From positions 70,432,001-70,496,000 of the forward strand of contig CM060732.1 in assembly GCA_030704615.1 (NCBI GenBank): DNA of 64,000 nucleotides. Direction: 5' to 3'. Both the position numbers and the translations under genes were made by a program. Shown here piece by piece: positions 1 through 12,140 of the stretch; position 1 is the stretch's first letter; each line of letters opens with the position of its first letter. The notes below the pieces were generated by a model, which worked only from the letters and a program-made list of their open reading frames with translations, ran no database searches and was not told the origin of the DNA. The stretch is from Takakia lepidozioides (Eukaryota; Plantae; Bryophyta).

Positions 1-631
1 TAAAAGCTCCTTATTCCCCATTAGGGTGGTTGATGGATGGGAAACAATACCCCAACCCTTGCCAGGGGCACGCCAGGGGACATGAAGTTCAGTGGGCTCT
101 TCACTCAAAATTCACATGGTCCTGTTGTACCCCCTGGCTGCTTTGCAGTTTGACCCAGGGGAGTGGAAGTGGATGGACGACCAACAATCCTTTTTTTTTG
201 CCTATTATGTGAAGCTGGGTTACAAGTTGCTGAGGCCAACCACGTCTTTCCACTCAAGATGGGAGGAAAAGTTCCCAGGGCACGTACACCCTGACACAAA
301 TCAACTGGGACTTGGTGTGGAAAGAGATCTGGAGAAAGGAAAGACTGGAGAAAATCTCGGGTTTTTTGTGGAAACTTGTGCACATAATCCTACTTGTCCA
401 CGCCAAGACCCTCCTCAACAACACCTCCTGCATTTATGTAATGCTCAGCCAGAATCCATTGAGCATTGCTTGGCTGAATGCCACCTCTCCGCTAAAATCT
501 GGAGGGTGGTGTTGAGGTTTTACGCAAATTGGGCTTCATTTCCCCCCCCCCCCCCCCATCACGTGAAGGTAAACTGTTCATGAGGATTGCCTTGGAAGGT
601 CAGACCCATGCTATGGAGGTTCCTAATAGGG
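1..631 (+). mobile_element. L1-type LINE ORF2 C-terminal fragment (zf-RVT region), 5' part, interrupted
   Basis: ORFs 92-583 and 312-515 give EKISGFLWKLVH and C..QPESIEHCLAEC..SAKIW, typical of the plant L1 zf-RVT region. The frame reaches LWRFLIG near 631 and appears to resume at 20150. Confidence 0.7.
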
Positions 632-1899
632 ATTCAGTTCCAGAGTTGCTTGAGTTGCATCATTCTTCTGCTTTTTGCTGGTCACTTGGGCATCACTAAG
701 ACCTTGAAGAGGCTCCAAGAGAGTTTTTGAATATGCTGCCTGCTCACAGAACTTGTGTCTGCCCTGTCCGGGCCAGTCTAACATTTTTATGACTGTGGAT
801 ATCACTGCATTTGCAGTGATAAGTGTTGTTATGACTACCTCACTCTGCAGTGACAAACACGAAGTCAGTTCTACCATGACTACGGAGTGATAAGTGCGAA
901 GTCATGGTCGTCACCGAGGACGTGGCATGGGATAGTGATGCAGGGTTTGGTGATGTAGTCATAACAAATATGACTACACGACTGAAAGTTATGACTGAGG
1001 TTACGACTACATCACTACAATATTGCGCCTACATGGAGAGGCCTCTGCGTGACACGTGGGATCCTTGGGCATTGACATATGTAATCATCACTTGATGGTG
1101 CAGTGGAGTAGTCATATCTTTATGACTACACGACTATGGGTATGACTATATCACTACAGATGGCACGTGGTCTCGTTGGAGCAGGTGTGACTGACACGTG
1201 ATGATCATGTAGATTTTACAATTTATTAAATGTTATTTAATTTTAAATAACTAATTTAGATATTAAATTAAATTAAATTAATATGAAATTTAACTTTGTG
1301 GAGCTCTCATAAGCACAACAATTGGCAAAGAGGAAAGGCCATCTATACCAAGACACAACCCCTATGCAGGGAAAGAGAGCATGCATTAATCTTTCAATGA
1401 CCAATGAATCGACCCCCAACCCTGTTGGCAGTTGCAAAGAGTGGCAAAGAAAGATTCTACCACCAACCCTGTTGCATAGACTGGCAGAAACAACAACATG
1501 ATACAATATGAAAGACACAACTACCATCAAACATGTCATCCATAGAAACACCACAACACAACCTCAGAGGACATTGCACCTTCAAACGATATTGGATGTT
1601 AATACATTAGACACTGACATGGTATTTGAACCAGTCTGCCTATATACATTCCCAAAATATACTTCATTCTTCAAGCATGATGTTGCTAAGTACTACCGCA
1701 ACAAGAAATTGACCATCTACGCAGGTTTCTTGTAGCTATCATTCCACAGGGAATCATAGGTAATCTGGAGCTTGAAATCCAACCTTCTTGGATGTGTCAA
1801 GTTATCTTACCACTAGTGTGAAACTAGCTAGGAAATAGCTAGCTTTTACATATTGACATTTGGGATTGGCCCAAGTGTCAATCCAGGGGTCAAGGCAGC

Positions 1900-2330
1900 T
1901 TTTCTTTCACTCCAAGTGGAAACCAGCCCTAGACCTTCCATTCTAGCTCTCTAAAGCTTGAAAACAAGAGCCTCAATGGGCTGAAGGCATGCTCCACACA
2001 TGCCCCACTCTCACCATAAGAGAATCAGCTCATTTGCTTCATTTCTTGCACCCACAAACCTGAAAATACAAGCTTCAGCAGGCTGAAAGCATGCTCCACA
2101 TGCCCTACAGGGAAACCAGCCCCTTCCTTCCTTTCTTGCACTCCCACACCTGAAAGTACAAGCCTTCATCAGGCTGATAGCATGCTCCACACATGCATTG
2201 CCCTCACATAAGGGAAGTCAACCCTTCCCTCTTCCTTGCTTGCCCTCCAAGCTTGAAGATGGAAGCTTCAATGAGCTGAATACATGCTCCACACATGCAA
2301 CCTCTTCACACAAGAGATATCAGACCCCTA
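1900..2330. repeat. Degenerate tandem repeat, ~91-102 bp unit, ~4 copies
   Basis: Core GCTGA..(G)CATGCTCCACA(CA)TGC recurs at 1980, 2082, 2173 and 2275. Confidence 0.8.
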
Positions 2331-2749
2331 TCTTGGCTCCTTGGCTTATGTGAGTTGGGATTTCAACTTCAAGCTTGAAGGGAGCGCAACTCTTGAAGCA
2401 GCAGGTGTAGAGGGCTGGAATAGGCTCTAAGACATATGCTATGGCCAAGGAGAGTGCTTGAATGAGTGCTCACAAGGGCTGGGAACCAGCAGGGCTTGGT
2501 TGTTTGCCATTGAGTTTAGTGGCGTGTTTGGGGAGGCTAAGTGAGAAAGAAGGCTTGGTTTGTGGCAACCACCTCATGGCTTAGGGCTACTATGGTGGTG
2601 TGTGGGAGCCGAAAGAACAAGAATACCTTGCTGATTTCCTCACAGCCGCCATAGCTCGGTGGAAAGAAGCCTAGAGTCCAAGAGACACAAACCCTAGCTT
2701 GGCGTGGCTAAACCCCTTGGAGAAATGGCTAAACTGCCAGAGCGGCCAT

Positions 2750-3560
2750 GGATGGGGCTGTGACGGGCTGTCCCTGTGGCCTTGGGGGCTGTGACGGGCT
2801 GTGCCGGTGGCCTTTTGGGGCTGTGACGGGCTGTGGGCCCCAGGGCGGGCTTGGCCTTTGGGGCTGTGATGGGCTGTGAGGGGCTGCGCCGTGGCCTTGG
2901 GGCTGGGCTGTGAGGGGCTGTGACAGGCTGTGCCCAGTGGCCAGGCTGTGTGCTGTGCCAGTGGCTGTGGGGCTGTGAGGGGCTGTGAGGGGCTGTTGCC
3001 CTGCGGCCTGTGACAGGCCGTGAGGCCTTGGGGGCTATGACGGGCTGTGAGGGGCTGTGGCAGGCTGTGCCCAGTGGCCTGTGGGGTTGTGAGGGGCTGT
3101 GAGGGGCTGAAGTGACAGGCGTGCCCTTTGGGGCTGTGATGGGCTGTAAGGGGCTGTGACAGGATGTGCCCGTGGCCTTTAGGGCTGTGACAGGCCGTGC
3201 CTGAGGCCTTTGGGGCTGTGACGGGCTGTGAGGGGCTGTGTCAGGCCGTGCCTGAGGCCTTGGGGGCTGTGAGGGGTTGTGGCGAGCTGTGATGGGCTGT
3301 GAGGGGCTGTGACAGGCTGTGCCCAGTGGCCTGTGGGGCTGTGATAGGCTGTGCCCAGTGGCTGTGGGGCTGTGACGGGTTGTGACAGGCTGTGGCAAGC
3401 TGTGACGGGCTGTGGCTGGCCCCTGTGACAGGCTGGCGAGCTGTGACGGGCGATGAGGGGCTGTGACAGGCTGTGCCCAGTGGCCTGTGGGACTGTGACG
3501 GCTATGACCAGTGAGCTGTGTGGGCCTGTGCTGGTCTGTGGTGGCCCATGTTGACCTGTG
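2750..3560. repeat. GC-rich minisatellite with a ~10-bp unit (GGGCTGTGAC/G)
   Basis: Dozens of GGGCTGTG(A/G/C) units with higher-order variants. It produces the low-complexity minus-strand ORFs 2694-3611 and 3179-3688. Confidence 0.9.
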
Positions 3561-4002
3561 GACGGCCTGTTGACTCGTGGAGGCACTAGTGGACTGCCTA
3601 AGGACTGGCATGGTCTTGAAGGCCGAATTTTGAAGCTCGTGGAGGGCGGTTTGAGGAGTATCTTCATGATATTCCCATGGTCATGCAAGTAGAAGTGTAG
3701 GCTATGTTAGGAACTTAGTATTCCAAACCATAAGCCGCAACAGGTTCTCTACCCGGTTACCTTGTGGAGAGGGGGTAAGGGACATGTTCATGACCGGTTG
3801 AGTGTCAACACGGAGGTGCCACTAGTTGCTGGGGACAGTGCCGGTTCGAGCACTAGTGATACTAGTGGGTACACGAGACAAGGTGTGCGGTTTAGGCCAC
3901 CTTCACCTCCTGTGTCTTCTACGGAAGGTTCTGATTCGGATTGTGAATCAGGAGGACTCATACCAGCGGTGCAAGTTTTCTTTGCCATTGTTGTGGGACA
4001 CA

Positions 4003-5578
4003 ATGGAGGAGATGTATGGAGCTACCAAGGGGCCACGACGGTACTCTGGGGCGGTGGGCACCGTCGAGTTGGATGATTTTATCCAAGAGTTTGATAATTG
4101 GTGTGATTTGCAGCAAATGCGCAATCCACAACTATTTACGCATTTCATGGCATGGAAGGGGCTGTTTCAGCACCTTGAGGGGCCGCCTATGGATGATTAC
4201 CATGAGTTCAGGTGGGGGCATGTGGTTGAGATCGAGGAGTGGAGGATGTACTAGTCACCTGACTATGTCTCCATCACTAGGGGCACTAGAGCCACGAGGG
4301 CAGTGGCTACAACTGCCGCTGCACCGGCAGCTTCAGCGAGTAGCAGTGGGACTAGTGGGACTGGTGGTACAGTAGCTACGACGTCCACCCAAGCCACTAC
4401 CGCACCAGCACTAGTACCCGTGCCTGCCTTCAATCCTGTTGTGGAGTTCTTCGAAGAGTTGACAGGGAACTACCAAGGGGTGAGGACAGAGAAGTTGCGG
4501 AGCTTGCAAGAGTTCCAACGGAAGCCGACCGAGAGCTTGAGGGAGGCTTTCACTCGCATGAGGCGCTTGATAAATGTAACCCAAGGGTTACGGAAGCTCA
4601 GGCAGTCCAATTCTGGTATGGGATATTGGACAAGGAGCTGAGGAGACGGGTGCGGGATGCAACTCTCCTACAAGCGGCCCAACCCACCTTAGCAAATGTG
4701 TTTTTGCTGGCAGAGCGGATAGAGCTCAACATGGTGGAGGAACGAGTGGTCATGGTGGGATTTGCTAAGGAGACACCACGGGGTAGTGGTGATCCTAGCC
4801 AACCACTACCTCAATGTGCTCAAGGCAACAAGGGGGCTCAGGTGAAGCTTACGGAAGGGCAGAGAGGACCTCAGATGCAGGGGTCTCTCCCTTCATTTGC
4901 TGGCCAACAACGGGCGGATGTGGTGTGCTGGACATGTGGAGGACCCCATGTCAAGAAGGATTGCCCAGAGGGAGGCAAAGGGCCGGCACATGCACAGCCT
5001 GCACAGTTGCAGTGTGGGGCATTGTGGCAAGCACGGGCATGGAGAGGCCCAGTGTTATGGTTTGCATCCTGAGTTGCGCCCAGGCCAGTTCCGAGGGAAC
5101 AATGGTGGCCGGGGGCGAGGTGGAGCAGCCTAGAGAGGACGAGGTGGCCAGCCACGAGGTGCAGGCGAAGGGCAAGCTCAACATGGCCAAGGACGCGGAG
5201 GTCAGGGTGTTGACCAAGGCATGGCCAACCAGCTTCAGCAGCTAGAGCAGAGGCTCGCTGCCATGACTACAGCTCAGGTGGTACCGGCTCTAAGGCCGGA
5301 TCGTCCACCTCTTGCTCCTGAGGGAGGAGATATGGGAGGCATGGGATTCATGTGTGGAGCAGCACTACCACTAGTGCTGGTGGAGTCTGCTGCAGCCGTG
5401 ACTCGAGGAGCAGCACGAGTTCCTGAGCCACGAGGTACAGAGGTGGAGTTGGATCCACAGCGTGGGGAGGCAAGCCGTCAGGCTAGGCTTCCTCAGTCAT
5501 TCACATTGGCGGAGACAGTGTCGACGCCATCCATGGCACCTAGTTCTCGCCCGATTGTTACCGAGGAGGAGGTTACTA
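4003..5578 (+). pseudogene. Gag of the DNMT-Gypsy element (first copy), two CCHC knuckles, frameshifted
   Basis: ELDDFIQEFDNWC...LRSLQEFQRKPTESLREAFTRMRRL, then CWTCGGPHVKKDC and C(G)HCGKHGHGEAQC. Stops at 4252 and 5131. Confidence 0.8.
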
Positions 5579-6300
5579 TGTCGCGGCCCTTTGCCTTGAG
5601 GGCAGGGGGGTCGGGACACATGAGGGGTTGCCCCTGTGGTGGGGGCAGCGGCAGTGATAGGTATGGGGGGCTGAAATACCCTTGAGTGCCCAAGGCACCC
5701 AAGGAGGCGGAGGCGCTCACTAGGTGGAGCCCGCACACCGGGTTGCGGTGGGGGTGGCTCCACAAGGGGGGTGGTAGCTTAGCGGGACTTAGTGGGGGTG
5801 GCATGGACTAACCATGGGGGCGGAGACCTCGTGGTGGGAGTCGTGGGGAGTCTTGGGACTCATCACGGTCCATAGGGGCCGTGGTGAGTGGGCCAAGACT
5901 CACCGCGACTCATCGCCGGGAGTCGAGGGTTTTCGTGGTGGTTCGCCATAAAATGGCATGGTTGGTTGTGGAACCCCCGCGGACAGCTACAGAAGTATAT
6001 ATAGGGAGTAGTAACCCCGAGAACGGTGCAAGCCCGTTGGTGACCAAAAACTAGTGAGTAAGCGAGCGAGCCGGAAAGCGACCAAAGAGTGGGGAGCTGT
6101 TCCGGACTGCCATCTACCAAAGGGAATTCTCCTAGTCCCAATTAGGTGGAGGGTTTAGAGGGGAGCGAAGAGGGGACCGTTATGTCCGGTGAGCAGCCGA
6201 AGCTCCAAGTTGGCCCGGCGGCCAGGTTGGGAGTCAGGCGCGCGCATCAAAGCGAGTAACTATGACTTGAAGGGAGCTTACCGAAGTGAGGTGCGCGACA
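5579..6300 (+). repeat. 5' LTR of chromovirus
   Basis: Starts TGTCGCG and ends CGCGACA (7-bp terminal inverted repeat). TATATATA at ~5996. Highly similar to 11381-12108. Confidence 0.93.
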
Positions 6301-6302
6301 CT

Positions 6303-6314
6303 TGGTATCAGAGC
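6303..6314 (+). other. Primer-binding site (3' end of tRNA-iMet)
   Basis: TGGTATCAGAGC, 2 nt after the LTR end. Confidence 0.95.
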
Positions 6315-6356
6315 TTAGAGTTCAGTACGCGATCGTCCTTGGGATTGGCCTCATCA

Positions 6357-9300
6357 TGGGGTCGGGCAAGCCGAAGCGAAAGCGGAACGGCCCAAAAGAT
6401 GATGATCCCGGTGAGCCCGATGGGGGCGGCGTGTCACCGAGGCGGCCGTTTGAGGAAGCGATTCATGTTTCCAAAAACGAGGCCGCCCAAGAGCGGGAGG
6501 AATCCGAGGAGTCGGAGCCCGAGGAATCCTTGAGAGCTCCGACAAACCAAGAGATGCCTCCCATGCCGGCAGCCTTTTGGGAAGGGTTGTTGGCGCAGTT
6601 TGGCGGGACGTTGAAAGACGTGTTGAAGGCGGCTAATGCCACTTCCACTAAGGCAAAGTTTAAGGTGAAGCCTAAGGAACCCGGCACCTTCGAGGGCGTC
6701 CAAAATCGGAAGGCACTCAACACCTGGCTCCTGGAGCTAGAGCAGTACTTCCGGGCGGCCAAGTTGAGTGACGAGGATCGGGTGGAAGTGGCTCCCACCT
6801 ATTTGAGGGGCTATGCTCAACAATGGTGGCAGAAACGCCTTCACGACCGAGGTCCAAGCCCGGAAACCTTGAACTGGAGTGGGTTCAAGGAATTGATGAA
6901 GAGACAGTTTGTGCCCCTCAACGCGTCCTGGCTTGCCCGGGACAAGATGAGGAATTTGAAGCAAACAGATGACATTCGGGGGATGTCCAGGCTTTCAATG
7001 TGCTGTTGCTCGAAGTCGCGGACATGGCAGAACCAGAAATGGTCTTCAACTTTGTGGCGGGACTGGCCCCATGAGGTAGGCAACTATTCTTGTGAGTTGT
7101 ATCAGGAAACTGGCGCCCTGCGTAAAGAGAGTCAGTTATTGTTCATGGAAGGATAATATCCGGAACTAACGTGTCGTTGTTGGTGGACACAGGAGCGTCG
7201 CACTCCTTCATGACGCCGGCGGCGGCGCGAAAGTTGGGACTCCCGACAAGTGACGTGGGGGCCTCTATTGAGGTGCGTTCTGCCAAAGGAGAACCACAGT
7301 TGCGACAAGGTTGGCGTTTGATGTTCCTCTTCAACTGGGGAGTTGGGAGGGACGTGAGAACTTCACCATCTGCGAGATCGATGGAGTGGATCTCATTTTG
7401 GGGATGACCTTTTTGAGCAAATCCGGAGCGGTCATAGATGGCCGCAAGAGAGTAGTCACGCTGCCATGTGGGAATGGTGGTGAGGGTTACGAGTGTCGGA
7501 AACGCCCAAATCCGTGGAGGGCGAATAAACCTTCTGTCAGCAAGGGAGTGGGCCGTGGAGGAGGCACACGAGCCCCAATTTTTGCTTTACATTAGAGAAG
7601 TGAAAGGGAGAAGGCGATGGGGAGCCGAGCCCAGATTGGATCAAGGGGATTTTGGAGAAATACCAGGATGTGATGCCGGAGGATTTACCAAGCGGCTTGC
7701 CACCGCGAAGAGGAGTTGACCACAAGATTGAGGTGATACCGGGATCGGAACCGCCTGCCAAGGCACCCTACCGGTTGAGCCACAGGGAGTTGGTCGAGCT
7801 GAAGACTCAGCTCAAGGATCTAATGTCAAAGGGGTACATCCGGCCGAGTAAGTCACCTTACGGAGCCCCGGTGCTATTCGCAGACAAGAAGGATGGGACG
7901 CTGCGGATGTGTGTCGATTACAGGGCTCTGAATAAGGTGACTATCAAAAACCGGTACCCTTTGCCAAGGATCGACGACCTCTTCGATCGGTTGGCAGGAG
8001 CGAAGTATTTCAGCCGGATCGACTTGCGCTCCGGCTATCATCAAATTCGGGTGGCGGAAGGAGATGAGGAGAAGACCGCGTGCAGGACAAGGTATGGTTC
8101 ATATGAGTTCTTGGTGATGCCTTTTGGGCTCACCAATGCACCAGCGACATTTAGCACGCTGATGAACAGCCTTTTCCAGGAGTGGTTGGATGACTTTGTG
8201 ATCGTGTACATCGACGACATCTTGGTGTACTCGAAAACATATAAGAACAGCCTGGAGCACCTACCAAAGGGTGTTCCAAAAATGCGAAAAGGGAAGCTGT
8301 ATGCCAAGCTTCAAAAGTGGCGAATTCGGGGTCACAAAAAGTGGAGTTCCTGGGGATTGGATTTACACAGGATGGATCAAAAATGGATGAAGAAAGGTTG
8401 AGGGCGATCTTTACTGGGAGCCTCCGACTTCGGTTCCGGAGTGCGATCCTTCCTAGGACTCGCCTCCTATTACCGGAAGTATGTGAGAAATTTCGCCAAG
8501 ATCGTGGGCCGCTGTCGGACCTTCTGTGTAAATCCAAAGTCTGGGTATGTAACACATTTGTGGCCAAGCTTTTGCTGAATTGAAGCAGTGGATGGCGGAA
8601 GCTCCAGTCTTGAAAATACCGGAGTTCGATCGTCCATTTGAGATTCATACAGATGCGTCGGACTTCGCGATTGGGGGTGTACTTATGCAAGATGGACGTC
8701 CAGTGGCTTACGAAAGTAAGAAACTGAATGAAGTGGAGCGACGGTGGCCGACGCACGAAAAAGAGATGAAGGCGGTGGTGCATTGCCTTGAGCTTTGGCG
8801 CCACTATGTTGGTTCCAACCCAGTGAAGGTGTTCACGGACAATGTCACAGTGAAGTATTTTGCCACGCAGCCCAAGTTGTCCCCAAAACAACTTAGGTGG
8901 CAAGATACTTTGGCGGTGTTCGACGTGGATATCCAGTACAAACCGGGACGGGACAATGTGGTGGCCGATGCTTTAAGTAGAAAGCAGCAGCTCCTGTTGG
9001 TGTACAGGGGCGAGACGCCGCTCCAAAGGAAGATCTGGAAGGCTTGCCGGAAGGATGAGCTGGCGAAGTCCGTGATGCAGGACTTGAGGATGGGGGTTAA
9101 ATCGCAGTTCCACTTGCAAAATGGACTGCTCCGGTATAAGCAAAAAAGTCTCTACGTGCCAAAGGGAGGGATCAGAGATAGCCTCTTGAGAGAATGCCAT
9201 GATAGCCCGCTTGCGGGCCACGGCAGAGCCAAGCGCACTGCGGCACTCCTGAAGAAAGAGTATTTCTGGGCCCAAACTGAGGGAGGAGGCAGAGGAGTAT

Positions 9301-10475
9301 GTCAAGACATGCACCACATGCCAACAAAACCAGAGCGAGTACAAAAAGCAAGCGGGGCTGTTACAACCCTTGCCGATTCCAGAGGGGACTTGGGAAAGCG
9401 TCTCGATGGATTTCATGACTGCTATGCTGCTGTCAAAAGGATTCGATGCAATCATGGTGGTGGTGGATAGGTTCAGTAAAATGGGCCATTTCATCCCCAC
9501 CAAGGAGACGGCAACGGCGTAGGAGACAGGGCGACTTTACTTCGCCCACGTCTTAAAGCATCATGGAGTCCCGAAGGATATTGTCTCGGACCGCGATCCA
9601 AAATTTACGAGTAAATTTTGGAGGGCACTTTGGAAGAAGATGGGGACGAGGCTGAAGATGAGCACCGCCTTCCGACCTACGACCGACGGCCAAACAGAAA
9701 GAGTGAATTCCGTAGTGAAGCAGATCTTGCGGAATTACGTGTCGGCAGGCCAAACAGACTGGGTGGAACACTTAGACGCGGCAGAGTTATGTTATAATAA
9801 CAGAGAACACTCCGCAACGGGAGTTTCCCCTTTTGTATTGGTCTATGGAAAAGCACCTCTGGTGCCGACAAGTTGGGCCGCCCAGGACGTTGAGGAACCG
9901 GCAGTAGCGGCGGTACTACTGGAAGAACGCGAGCGTTTTTGAAGCTCGCAAAGTACAACATTGCCAAAGCTAGGAAACGGTATGAAAGGCAGGCAAATCG
10001 GAAGCGGAGGGAAGTGAAGTTTGAGGAAGGTATAGAGGTCTGGTTGAACATCAAGAATTTCCGACTACCTCCGGAAGTGAGTCCAAAGTTCGTACCTCTG
10101 TATGCGGGACCCTTTCGCATTCGCAAGGTTATGAATGAGGATGTGTATGAATTGGAGCTGCCGGCAAAAAGTAAGGTACACCCAGTATTCCATGTATCCC
10201 TTTTGAAGCCTTACTTCAAAGATGAAGCGCGTCCGAATCGGCATCAAGTGTTGCGTCCGCCACCTATGCTGTTGGATCATGAAAATGAACCTGAGTACAA
10301 GGTGGAGGCAATACTTAAGTCGAGGAGGTTCAGGAACCGAGAAACGGAGTATCTCGTCAAATGGAAGGGCTATCATCATGTGGAGGCATCTTGGGTGCGT
10401 GCCTCAGAAATGGGAAACGCATCCGAGGCGGTTGCAGCTTTCGAAGGGCGACCTCAAAAGCGGAAGAAACGTTGA
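6357..10475 (+). pseudogene. Chromovirus gag-pol with frameshifts and stops: Gag, aspartic protease, RT, RNase H, integrase, chromodomain
   Basis: Gag PGTFEG..WLLELEQYF; protease LLVDTGASHSF; [13 protein letters not shown]...MPFGLTNAP...YIDD; RNase H TDASDFAIGGVL; integrase H..PLAGH / DRDPKFTS / DGQTERVN; chromodomain EYKVEAIL...YLVKWKGY...SW. Confidence 0.92.
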
Positions 10476-11380
10476 TGGGGACATCAACCTTGGAGCGTGG
10501 GGGAGGAAATGCATGCTTAGCCCGGCTTAGCTAGCATAGGAATCCGATTGCAAAAACTTGTATTGTACAAAACGTGCTATAAATGAAATGGCTTCCAAAT
10601 GTTGTGCGTCCTATTTTGTTTGGAATGGTGATGCATGGTATGGTTGGCTAGTGTGTAGAATGCATGCTAGCTTATAAAAGTGGGAGAGGTAAATTGGCTT
10701 AATCGTGTGTTTGCGTAGTGCCGAAATCGGGTGACCCCCATCCAAGGGGCAAGGAAACTTGCGCCTTCTTTGGGAGTTCACGTGCTAGTGCACACCTGGC
10801 GTGTGCGCGTACTATAACTGCGCTACCGAGGGGGTTGCCTTGTAGTGCGGGCTAACGCGGAAGCTACGTGCTTCCGTTCACGTACTATAATCGTGTAGCC
10901 TCGGGACGAAGTCGTAGTGCGGCTTCGGCGTGTTCCCGTACCTCAGGCCAGCATTCCAAGGCGGACCCAATTGTAGTGATTGGGGCGCACGGTTGGTTCA
11001 ATATTATCTTCTTAGTCAAAGAGGGTTCCAGGTGAACCCTTGCTCAAGGTGATGCCAAAAGCGGCATCATGAGCGATCGCAAGCAATGTTGTTGCAGTAA
11101 GGCGATTCGATCCTCGGGGAGGATCGTTCCTTGGCCTTGAAGTAGGCCAAGAAGAGTGCACTGGGAGGAGCTGGAGAGGCTCCACCCTTGGCCAGGACTT
11201 GGAGGAAGTCGGCCGAACTAGCTAGTGGAGAGTAGAGTCAAGTGTGGGGTTTGGTTCTTTGCCATAGGACGCCATGGTACGGAAACAAACTCCTTGATGT
11301 GGGACGCCACAACTTGGATGTTCGTTTCTACAAAATGGACAAGTCGATGAGGACATCGACTCCCTGTTGGTAGGGGTGTG

Positions 11381-12108
11381 TGTCGCGGCCCTTTGCCTTA
11401 AGGGCAGGGGGGTCGGGACACATGAGGGGTTGCCCCTGTGGTGGGGGCAGTGGCAACGATAGGTATGGGGTGCTGAAGCACCCTTGAGTGCCCAAGGCAC
11501 CCAAGGAGGCGGAGGCGCTTACTAGGTGGAGCCCCGCACACCGGGTTGCGGTGGGGGTGGCTCCACAAGGGGTGGTGGTAGCTTAGCGGGACTTAGTGGG
11601 GGTGGCATAGGACTCACCATGGGGGCGGAGACCTCGTGGTGGGAGTCGTGGGGAGTCTTGGGACTCATCACGGTCCATAGGGGCCGTGGTGAGTGGGCCA
11701 AGACTCACCGCGACTCATCGCCGGGAGTCGAGGGTTTTCGTGGTGGTTCGCCATAAAAATGGCATGGTTGGTTGTGAAACCCCCGCGGACAGCTACAGAA
11801 GTATATATAGGGAGTAGTAACCCCGAGAACGGTGCAAGCCCGTTGGTGACCAAAAACTAGTGAGTAAGCGAGCGAGCCGGAAAGCGACCAAAGAGTGGGG
11901 AGCTGTTCCGGACTGCCACTACCAAAGGGAATTCCCGCTGGTTCCAAATCGGTGGAGGGTTCTTTGGGAGAACAAAGGGGGACCGTTATGCCCCGGTGAG
12001 CAGCCGAAGCTCCAAGTTGGCCCGGCGGCCAGGTTGGGAGTCAGGCGCGCGCATCAAAGTGAGTAACTATGACTTGAGGGGGAGCTTACCGAAGTGAGGT
12101 GCGCGACA
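11381..12108 (+). repeat. 3' LTR of chromovirus
   Basis: TGTCGCG...CGCGACA, preceded by hairpin GTCGATG-AGGA-CATCGAC and PPT-like GGTAGGGG. Unusually, it is followed by a second PBS. Confidence 0.93.
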
Positions 12109-12140
12109 CTTGGTATCAGAGCTTAGAGTTTAGTACGTGA

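Larger units (their letters stand above)
5579..12108 (+). mobile_element. Chromovirus (Ty3/Gypsy, probably Galadriel-like) LTR retrotransposon, full-length but degenerate
   Basis: Two ~720-bp LTRs with TGTCGCG...CGCGACA ends, a tRNA-iMet PBS, and Gag-PR-RT-RH-INT-chromodomain. The clade call is inferred from the Met PBS plus a group-I-type chromodomain. Confidence 0.92.

Noticed and set aside
1980-2330. Regularly spaced repeats suggesting a CRISPR array or a 34-aa repeat protein
   Set aside because: The spacers are similar to each other, the context is eukaryotic, there are no cas genes, and the minus-strand frames I translated contain stops.
2694-3688. 305-aa and 169-aa minus-strand ORFs rich in P/S/Q/H/T/A
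   Set aside because: They are translations of the GGGCTGTG minisatellite, with no domain signal.
8151-10379. Long antisense ORFs over the chromovirus pol
   Set aside because: These are shadows of the sense-strand coding sequence.
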